Shown one piece after another: positions 1-5,369 of a stretch of 6,590 nucleotides of DNA (the first letter of the stretch is position 1; each line of letters starts with the position of its first letter). The notes under the pieces were generated by a model. The model was given only the letters and a program-made list of their open reading frames with translations, made no database searches and was not told where the DNA came from. The stretch is taken from the NCBI GenBank assembly GCA_964644785.1, contig CAZXXP010000050.1, positions 5,871-12,460 of the forward strand, given 5' to 3'. A program made the translations under genes and the position numbers. The stretch is from an uncultured Nitrosopumilales archaeon (GTDB lineage: Archaea; Thermoproteota; Nitrososphaeria; Nitrososphaerales; UBA57).

Positions 1-1348
1 TTCCGTGAGGGAGGTATTTCACCAAAAATGCAAGTACTATGACAGCCAGGGTTCCGTATATTTTCACCGGAAGAGTCAGAAATGTCCAAAGGAATCCCAG
101 ACCTATGACGAAGCCCGGAAACGCTATTGGAATGGTTCCTATGCCTTCTAGAAGGCCCCTCCATCTGAATCTGCCCCTCCTAGAGATATAGGATATCATG
201 GCGGCCATGAGCAAAACTATTGTTGCTGCAGAGCCAGAAACTATCCAGCTGTTGATGACGCTTTGCAGTATATCAGACCTGTCAAAAATGGTGAAGTAGT
301 GCTTTAGCGTAATGTTGGAAAAGAGGTCTCTAGGATTCCAGAACGGCTGCAGCGACAACAGTGCTACGGTTGAGAACATGAAGCCTATGTGAACAATAAG
401 ATAGGTCACGAGTATTGCCGTTCCAAGGTACTTCCACTTGCCAAGGTGGATGATCCTGGGATGGTAGCCCTTACCCGTTATGACCTGAAACTTCTCTCCC
501 CTTCTGACCACCCTCCTGTACAGGAAGATCAGCGATAACGTGAGCGTTAGGAGGATTATTGCGTGGGCAGTCGCCAGACCATAGTTGGGCGGTATTGAAC
601 CCACGACGGAACGGTAAATCTCCGACATGAAGACCTCGATTCTGGCTGGCAAGCCTACCATCGCAGGAGTTTCAAACGATTCGAAGGCAATTATGAAGAC
701 AAGCAGAAATACTGAGAGTATAGCCGGCGTCATTATCGGAATCGTGATTTTTCTTAAGATCGTCGTTATCCGGGAACCCACAACCCTTGCCGCCTCCTCG
801 AGATTGGAATCCATTGCAGCAAAAGCTGCAGATGTTACCAGATATGCAGTAGGCACGAGAGAAATCCCCATAACCCATATCATCCCTGCCATGCTGTAGA
901 TGTTGAAAAGAGCCACGTCAGTATCGGTGATTCTAAACAAATCTCTGAACATGACGTTTGCAAGCCCTGATCTTGGGCTGAACAGGTAAATCCACGCCAA
1001 ATTGTCGACAAAGCCGGGTAGGACTATAGGGAGGAATGGAAGAAACCTAAACTGCCTTCTGAAAGGTGCGTCAGTTCTAACTGCGATGAATGCAAGGATC
1101 GATCCTATTGATACTGCCAGCAGGGCACTGCCCAATGCGTATGTGAATGAATTTACGAGCAGGGTAACGGTATAGGGGTCTGTGAAGGCTGTAATGTAGT
1201 TCTTCAGCGTAAAATAGCCAGGGTCGCCCGGATCGCCGCTCCAGACACTTCCATAAAGAAGGAAGGAAATTGGATAGACTATCAGGAATATTGTAATTCC
1301 TAGTACTGTCCAAAAGACAACTGATACGGGGTTAGTTGTAAACCTCAT
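1..1348 (-). CDS. ABC transporter permease, fused two-domain type (FbpB/ThiP-like, Fe(III)/thiamine-class importer); 3' end runs off the window
   Basis: I checked every minus-strand triplet in this frame from the ATG (1348-1346) to base 2: 449 codons with no stop. An in-frame TAG lies 4 codons upstream of the ATG (1360-1358). The ORF is absent from the supplied track because its stop is off-window. The translation MRFTTNPVSVVFWTVLGITIFLIVYPISFLLYGS... is strongly hydrophobic and multi-TM. It contains the ABC permease EAA loop ..AAMDSNLEEAARVVGSRITTILRKITIPIMTPAIL.. (EEAARVVG at about 776-799). A second membrane domain follows (..GKWKYLGTAILVTYLIVHIGFMF.. ..IPIAFPGFVIGLGFLWTF..). It sits 47 nt downstream of the binding-protein gene on the same strand. 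Substrate class is inference from the fused architecture. Confidence 0.85.
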   Translation of the reverse strand, partial: MRFTTNPVSVVFWTVLGITIFLIVYPISFLLYGSVWSGDPGDPGYFTLKNYITAFTDPYTVTLLVNSFTYALGSALLAVSIGSILAFIAVRTDAPFRRQFRFLPFLPIVLPGFVDNLAWIYLFSPRSGLANVMFRDLFRITDTDVALFNIYSMAGMIWVMGISLVPTAYLVTSAAFAAMDSNLEEAARVVGSRITTILRKITIPIMTPAILSVFLLVFIIAFESFETPAMVGLPARIEVFMSEIYRSVVGSIPPNYGLATAHAIILLTLTLSLIFLYRRVVRRGEKFQVITGKGYHPRIIHLGKWKYLGTAILVTYLIVHIGFMFSTVALLSLQPFWNPRDLFSNITLKHYFTIFDRSDILQSVINSWIVSGSAATIVLLMAAMISYISRRGRFRWRGLLEGIGTIPIAFPGFVIGLGFLWTFLTLPVKIYGTLAVIVLAFLVKYLPHG

Positions 1349-1375
1349 CTGGTAGGTCTACCGCAATAAGAAATG

Positions 1376-1381
1376 AAAAAA
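1376..1381 (-). terminator. T6 run between the binding-protein and permease genes (possible partial terminator)
   Basis: The minus strand reads TAA gaccttcttctccc TTTTTT, starting 14 nt after the stop at 1398-1396 and 27 nt before the permease ATG. It is a sequence motif only. Confidence 0.25.
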
Positions 1382-1395
1382 GGGAGAAGAAGGTC

Positions 1396-2547
1396 TTACT
1401 TCTTCGCTGCGGCCGCGGCTAACGCCTTGAATTCCGTAGTCCACTGGTTTAATGTCGTGAATACGCTCGCAGTTGGATAGTTGAAGGTCTCGATGCCCTT
1501 CGGAAGAGATTTCTCGAGCCCGAACTTTGCCTCTATGCCAGGCTTTGCAGGGAATCTCACTTCGATGTTTCCAATGACCTTCTGCGCGTCATCAGTAAGC
1601 AGGTAGTCGATGAAGAGCTTCGCAGCCTTTGGATTCTCTGCAGTCTTCATCAGCGACACAGTAGTTGGAGCTACCATTATGGGAAAGTCAGACAACTGAA
1701 GAATTTCTATTGGAGCTCCTGCAAGCTTTAACCTCACCACATCGTGTACTTGTGCAACTATTCCAAAGAAATACTCTCCCCTTGACACCTCATCTGCCTG
1801 AGCGGATGTGCTTGCGGTCCTTCTAACGCCGTTTGCTTCAATGTCTGTAAGGAACTTTGTGACCTTATCTTTGCCTAGCTTTTCTGCCAGAGAAGCCCAT
1901 ATCTGAGTTGAGGTTGTTCCCAGTGTATAATCATGCATCGTTATTTTGCCTTTCCACTTGGGGTTTGTCAGGTCAGACAGGCTCTTTGGAAGTTCTGAGG
2001 CAGAGACAAGTTTCGTATTATATGTGACCGTCTGACCTAGCAATATGACCGCTGTCCACATCCCGTCTTTGTCCGCCAGAGTGGATGGAAATGTAGCTGA
2101 ATTGGGAGATTTATATGGTGTAAAAACATTTTCCTGAAGCAGTTGCAGGGTGCCTGGGAAGCTTACGATTATTGCATCTGCTGACTTTCCTGTTGCCTTT
2201 AGCTCCGTGGTAACCCTGGTAAATACTTCTGCTGGAGAGCCTCTAACATAATCTACCGCAACAAAGGGGTATTTCGCTTGAAATGCCTTTATGATTGGCT
2301 TCATGTCTTCAGCATCAACACTTCCGTAAACACGGACTAGGCCAGACGGGGGCGCTTCATAAGCAGCAGGTGGAGCTGGTCCGGGTTGGGGAGCCGGCGC
2401 TGGTCCTGGAGCCTGGTTGGGCGCTGGTTTTGGAGTCGGGGCAGGTGCTACAGTTTGAGTCTGCGAAGGCATAGATAGAAAGATGCCTGCACCAACAACT
2501 ACTACGACTACCGCTATTAGTCCTACTATAATTTTTGTCGAAACCAT
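1396..2547 (-). CDS. ABC transporter substrate-binding protein, membrane-anchored by an N-terminal helix plus Pro/Ala-rich linker
   Basis: 383-aa track ORF. The N-terminus has a TM helix IIVGLIAVVVVVVGAGIFL (about 2479-2532) with no Cys lipobox. A 34-residue linker APAPTPKPAPNQAPGPAPAPQPGPAPPAAYEAPP follows (about 2350-2451). The rest is a binding-protein-like body (LVRVYGSVDAEDMKPIIKAFQAKYPFVAVDY, KSADAIIVSFP, NPKWKGKITMHDYTLGT, AAKLFIDYLLTDDAQKVIG). The gene lies immediately upstream of the permease. Substrate is not determinable by eye. Confidence 0.85.
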   Translation of the reverse strand: MVSTKIIVGLIAVVVVVVGAGIFLSMPSQTQTVAPAPTPKPAPNQAPGPAPAPQPGPAPPAAYEAPPSGLVRVYGSVDAEDMKPIIKAFQAKYPFVAVDYVRGSPAEVFTRVTTELKATGKSADAIIVSFPGTLQLLQENVFTPYKSPNSATFPSTLADKDGMWTAVILLGQTVTYNTKLVSASELPKSLSDLTNPKWKGKITMHDYTLGTTSTQIWASLAEKLGKDKVTKFLTDIEANGVRRTASTSAQADEVSRGEYFFGIVAQVHDVVRLKLAGAPIEILQLSDFPIMVAPTTVSLMKTAENPKAAKLFIDYLLTDDAQKVIGNIEVRFPAKPGIEAKFGLEKSLPKGIETFNYPTASVFTTLNQWTTEFKALAAAAAKK

Positions 2548-2578
2548 AGGGCTTCACAAGAGAAACCTGTCAGAAAGC

Positions 2579-2586
2579 ATATATTA
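2579..2586 (-). promoter_or_regulatory. Candidate archaeal TATA box for the anchored binding-protein gene
   Basis: The minus-strand sequence TAATATAT has its 3' end 31 nt upstream of the ATG at 2547. It sits in the 71-bp spacer after the upstream paralog's stop codon, which implies a very short leader. Confidence 0.4.
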
Positions 2587-2618
2587 CTAGCGTTAGAATT
2601 ATTATTACGCTTGTCAGG

Positions 2619-3602
2619 TCACTTAAAGAGATTCACGAATAATTTGATAGACTCAGTGACGCTCGGCAACATGAGCGCATTTGGAAATATGACCATTTTT
2701 TCTTTATGCACCAGCTTGTCTAGGCTGTATGGAGCATATGTCTTGGGCCTTGCGGGTATCCTGAGGTAGGTGCTACCAATCTTCTTCTGGCCTGATTTGG
2801 AAATCAGGTAATCTATTACAAGCTCAGCGGAAGCCTGGTGCTTGCCTGCCTTTGTCTTTGCAATGGCGTTGAACGATGTCAGCATTGGAACGTCTTTGAG
2901 AGTAAGCCTAGCTATGTTTCTCTTAGCCTCTTTAGCCTTTACAAGATCGTGCAGGAGGGTTGTCAGACCAATCTTTGTTTCACCACTAGTAACCGAATCC
3001 ACTATGTTGTCATAAAGCGGGAAAGCCTTGGGTTTGTTTGCGGCGAGGCCACGAACGAACTTGTCCCATTTCTTTTCTCCGAAAATAGGCCTCAGGGAAG
3101 CAAGCCAGTAAGCTCCCAGTGTTCCAAGTGTCATGTCGTGCAGGACTATGGCATGCTTCCACTTTGGAGAAATCAGATCTAAGGCTGTCTTTGGGAGCTC
3201 CTTTTTTGGAACTGATTTTGGGTTGTAAATCTGGACTATCGGTATAGAGACTATGGGGAACCAGTAGCCGTCTTTTTGGCGGACGTCTTCGGGATATGCT
3301 CGGGCCTCTTCGAGCCTGACTTTTGAGAGCAGGTTCAAATCGTGCATCTGCATCATCGGAGGCACAGTTGCTATGACGGCGTCAGCGGTTTCTTTGCCCT
3401 CCTTGATTTCCTGGATAATCCTCTTGGCCATTGGAGGAGGAGTCCCGTAGACGTACTCTCGACGATAATCTATCTTAATGGCGGGATGCTTTCTCTCAAA
3501 TGCCTTTTTCCAGCCTGCAAATTCGTCTTTTTCGACTGTGCCATAGATCAGAACCCTACCCTCTTTTTCCGCCTTTCTAATGGTTGATCTTTGCGGGCTC
3601 AT
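2619..3602 (-). CDS. Substrate-binding-protein paralog lacking any signal peptide or membrane anchor
   Basis: 327-aa track ORF, colinear with the 1396-2547 product. Matching blocks include RVLIYGTVEKDEF..AFERKHPAIKIDY, ETADAVIATVP, SPKWKHAIVLHDMTLGT and ELVIDYLISKSGQKKIG. It starts with the polar sequence MSPQRSTIRKAEKEGR. An in-frame TGA at 3626-3624 and the absence of an alternative start in the 7 codons between exclude a longer N-terminus. Confidence 0.8.
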   Translation of the reverse strand: MSPQRSTIRKAEKEGRVLIYGTVEKDEFAGWKKAFERKHPAIKIDYRREYVYGTPPPMAKRIIQEIKEGKETADAVIATVPPMMQMHDLNLLSKVRLEEARAYPEDVRQKDGYWFPIVSIPIVQIYNPKSVPKKELPKTALDLISPKWKHAIVLHDMTLGTLGAYWLASLRPIFGEKKWDKFVRGLAANKPKAFPLYDNIVDSVTSGETKIGLTTLLHDLVKAKEAKRNIARLTLKDVPMLTSFNAIAKTKAGKHQASAELVIDYLISKSGQKKIGSTYLRIPARPKTYAPYSLDKLVHKEKMVIFPNALMLPSVTESIKLFVNLFK

Positions 3603-3777
3603 ACCATCCTTGCCTCGATCTGTTCATCCTTGGGAGATAGGTGTTATAACGTTTGAGTAGATTCTCAAGCCTCAAAAAAGTAAGAGATAACTAATCATGG
3701 CTTCTGCACAACCGAGTGATGTTTCTAACAGATCTTATCTGTGAGCCCTCTCTGCTGGAACTTGTGAGAAGTCATCC

Positions 3778-4182
3778 ATGAAAAGAGTCTTCGTAGTGGC
3801 TGTAGTAGTAGCGGTGATAATCGCAGCAACGGCTCTTGTTCTTGGACCTAGTTTACTCATGCCTGCAGAAGTTAAGCAGGTGATTAAGGAAGTGAACGTG
3901 ATCATGGCTGATAACTCTTACAAAAAGTATCCTGAGCAGGAATATTTCCGGCCAAGCGAGATTACCGTAGTATTAGGCGTTAACAACACTGTTGTGTGGA
4001 CGAATAAGGACCTTGCCGGGAGTGCTTTGCACGATGTTACCAGCGATCAAGAACTGTTCAAATCCTCCTTGCTTGCGCCCAAAGAGAGTTGGTCTTACAC
4101 TTTTAGTGATCTCGGTGAATACAAGTATCACTGCCAACCACATGAATGGATGATAGGGAAGATCATAGTCAAGAAAAAATAG
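3778..4182 (+). CDS. Small blue (type-1) copper protein, cupredoxin fold, amicyanin/plastocyanin-like, N-terminally anchored
   Basis: 134-aa track ORF. The N-terminal hydrophobic helix is VFVVAVVVAVIIAATALVL. Cupredoxin signatures are TVVWTNKD..ALHDVTS (His85) and YKYHCQPHEWMIGKIIV (Cys119 at 4132-4134, His122, Met125), giving the canonical His/Cys/His/Met type-1 Cu ligand set. Confidence 0.85.
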   Translation: MKRVFVVAVVVAVIIAATALVLGPSLLMPAEVKQVIKEVNVIMADNSYKKYPEQEYFRPSEITVVLGVNNTVVWTNKDLAGSALHDVTSDQELFKSSLLAPKESWSYTFSDLGEYKYHCQPHEWMIGKIIVKKK

Positions 4183-4250
4183 GTTTGTTATGATTGATGT
4201 GATACTTTCGCAATGTCCCTTCATTGATGGTAGTTGGTTAGGCCTCGGAG

Positions 4251-4291
4251 AAAAACAGGTGCGGGGGTTCAGCTGATTGGCGCTGAACTCC
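4251..4291 (-). terminator. Hairpin followed by a T5 run downstream of the VOC gene, in a convergent intergenic region
   Basis: The stem pairs 4264-4273 with 4282-4291: 10 bp, with position 4266/4289 a G-T pair on plus and a C-A mismatch on minus, and an 8-nt loop. On the minus strand it begins 20 nt after the TAG stop (4314-4312). TTTTT (4255-4251) follows 8 nt later. Oligo-T is the known archaeal termination signal. Confidence 0.4.
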
Positions 4292-4311
4292 AGTGATCTT
4301 GCGCTTCGATT

Positions 4312-4692
4312 CTATTTACCGGCGTCCTGCCAGAGGCCCACGACATTGCCTTCGGTATCCTCGAAGTAGGCTGTAAAGCCCATCTTGCCCACGGGCTGCC
4401 TCTTCTGGACGGTCTTCCCTCCGTGCTTTCCAATGTTCTTAAGGGCCGCATCGATGTCTTTGACGCTGATCGTGATTACGGTGTTCGTAAGTGGCCCTCC
4501 CTTCTTTCCCATTCCACCGTTGATGGCACCGGGATTCTTTGGCATCCCGTTCTGGTCGCTTTCAGTGGTGCCGATGGAGTAGTACTCGAATCCTGGGAAC
4601 TTTTGGACATTCCAGCTGAATGCATTCTTGTAGAAGGACTGCGCACGTTTCACATCTTTTGCAGGAATTTCAAAATGAACTACAGAGTCCAT
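4312..4692 (-). CDS. VOC (glyoxalase/bleomycin-resistance/dioxygenase) superfamily protein
   Basis: 126-aa track ORF. The N-terminal VVHFEIPAKDVKRAQSFYKNAFSW and C-terminal FTAYFEDTEGNVVGLWQ are the characteristic first and last beta-alpha-beta-beta-beta module motifs of small glyoxalase-fold proteins. A TATA-like box lies about 21-28 nt upstream of the ATG. Confidence 0.85.
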   Translation of the reverse strand: MDSVVHFEIPAKDVKRAQSFYKNAFSWNVQKFPGFEYYSIGTTESDQNGMPKNPGAINGGMGKKGGPLTNTVITISVKDIDAALKNIGKHGGKTVQKRQPVGKMGFTAYFEDTEGNVVGLWQDAGK

Positions 4693-4712
4693 GGAGCGGA
4701 TTAGCCGGACTG

Positions 4713-4720
4713 CTATTTAA
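4713..4720 (-). promoter_or_regulatory. Candidate archaeal TATA box for the VOC gene (leaderless or near-leaderless mRNA)
   Basis: The minus-strand sequence TTAAATAG lies about 21-28 nt upstream of the ATG at 4692. No Shine-Dalgarno-like purine run lies between them. Confidence 0.4.
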
Positions 4721-4897
4721 CAATGGCAGGGAAGAAAAGGATAGTCGGGTTCGAGAACCATTGTTCATGGAAGTGTTCGATTCCACCATCAAGTTAGAAC
4801 TCATAATGTGTCAGAGATGCAAGATTATCTACTAACGACGACACTAATCATGTTTGAAGGAAAGAGTCCTGGCAAGCTGCAAATTTCGTGTCATCTT

Positions 4898-4928
4898 TTG
4901 ACAGGCCCGTTGACAGGCCCCTTGACGC
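4898..4928. repeat. Tandem 12-mer repeat, about 2.6 copies: TTGACAGGCCCG TTGACAGGCCCC TTGACGC
   Basis: Read directly from the sequence. Copies occupy 4898-4909, 4910-4921 (11/12 identical) and a partial third at 4922-4928. Confidence 0.9.
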
Positions 4929-5136
4929 TTCCACTGATGTCCGATCTAAAGGATTCGGATGTTGGAGCAGGACTGGTGATCGATAACCTCGATTTGTCAA
5001 GTGCGGAGAGTGAACACCCTCTTCCTCAGAAAATTGGAGACTTTGTTATTTATGTCTTTAAGATCAGGGTTCTCGGCTCCGTCCCTTGTCGAGCGATTTA
5101 CTCTGTTGTCCCGAATCGGCCAAATAATTTTTCTAA

Positions 5137-5153
5137 GTTCTGTCAGGTTCTAG
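5137..5153. repeat. Third, solo copy of the inverted-repeat arm
   Basis: gTTCTGTCAgGTTC-TAG at 5137-5153 aligns to 5351-5368 (gTTCTGTCAaGTTCaTAG) at 16 of 18 columns. It has the same orientation as the right arm and lies 53 nt left of the left arm. Confidence 0.5.
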
Positions 5154-5206
5154 TGAGATACATCTTGTTAATTGAGTCTCCCGAGCCTTGACGAGTGGAC
5201 CCATCC

Positions 5207-5369
5207 CCCATGAACTTGACAAAACCGAAAAGTTCGGATCCGGCTCGTCCTGGGTCTAAAATGGATCCTAAATCTGATCTCGGATTGGTGCCTCATCAAG
5301 CATATGGTCCCAGACCAGTCCTATGAGTAAAAGCGAGCTGTCCTGGTCTGGTTCTGTCAAGTTCATAGG
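5207..5369. repeat. Imperfect inverted-repeat pair (20-bp arms) bounding a 123-bp palindrome-rich core; MITE-like unit or large hairpin
   Basis: The arms 5207-5226 (cccATGAACTTGACAaaacc) and 5350-5369 (ggttcTGTCAAGTTCATagg) are complementary at 18/20 positions. Their perfect 12-bp core is 5210-5221 / 5355-5366. The interior has a perfect 9-bp inverted repeat 5310-5318 / 5343-5351 and a hairpin 5225-5237. It also has the palindrome CGGATCCG at 5235-5242. The confidence value refers to the repeat existing, not to its being mobile. Confidence 0.7.

Noticed and set aside
627-1313. Track ORFs 627-899(+), 672-878(-) and 1077-1313(-)
   Set aside because: All lie inside the 449-codon permease frame (1-1348, minus strand), in other frames or on the other strand. 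Their translations have no recognisable motifs, so they are shadow ORFs.
2357-3587. Track ORFs 2357-2557(-), 2838-3182(+) and 3342-3587(+)
   Set aside because: They are embedded in the two binding-protein genes, out of frame or antisense. The translations are Cys/Ser/Arg-rich and low quality, so they are shadow ORFs.
3697-3744. 15-codon upstream ORF (MASAQPSDVSNRSYL) in frame with the cupredoxin gene, separated from it by TGA
   Set aside because: It is too short to evaluate and has no hydrophobic or motif content. The cupredoxin already has its own N-terminal helix starting at 3778. Nothing supports read-through or selenocysteine.
4190-4290. Possible C/D-box sRNA (TGATTGATGTGATA, TTGATGG, and two CTGA words)
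   Set aside because: There is no consensus RUGAUGA C box. The box spacing of about 80 nt does not fit the compact archaeal C/D architecture of 50-70 nt. The CTGA words are part of the terminator-like hairpin. A TGATGA word on the minus strand (5298-5293) also has no CUGA partner downstream.
4748-4759. GGTTCGAGAACC resembling a tRNA T-arm
   Set aside because: It forms only a 4-bp GGTT/AACC stem with a 4-nt loop. I found no flanking acceptor, D or anticodon arms, and it does not fit the 5-bp stem with 7-nt T-loop geometry.
3973-4835. Track ORFs 3973-4224(-), 4269-4451(-), 4385-4582(+), 4423-4704(+) and 4620-4835(+)
   Set aside because: They overlap the well-supported cupredoxin or VOC genes in antisense or alternative frames, or run across the VOC promoter. 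None has a family signature.
4898-4928. Possible CRISPR array
   Set aside because: The repeats are 12 bp and directly abutting with no spacers. Only 2.6 copies exist and no cas genes are present, so it is a simple tandem repeat.
5015-5028. CACCCTCTTCCTCA resembles a bridge-RNA target-like site. CACCCTCTT (5015-5023) is the reverse complement of 5462-5470, and the overlapping CTTCCTCA (5021-5028) equals 5455-5462 in the recombinase tail
   Set aside because: About 1-3 matches of 9 nt are expected by chance in comparisons of this size. The two matches are not independent, because 5455-5470 is itself a near-palindrome. The matching segments are contiguous rather than on opposite sides of an internal loop as in known bridge RNAs.
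4808-5191. 127-aa ORF, the longest in the spacer
   Set aside because: It has no recognisable domain and no TATA-like box at the expected distance upstream of 4808. It reads through the 12-mer tandem repeat (LTGPLTGPLTLPL) and the solo repeat arm, and its composition is unlike the neighbouring genes. A small orphan protein cannot be fully excluded without homology search or proteomics.
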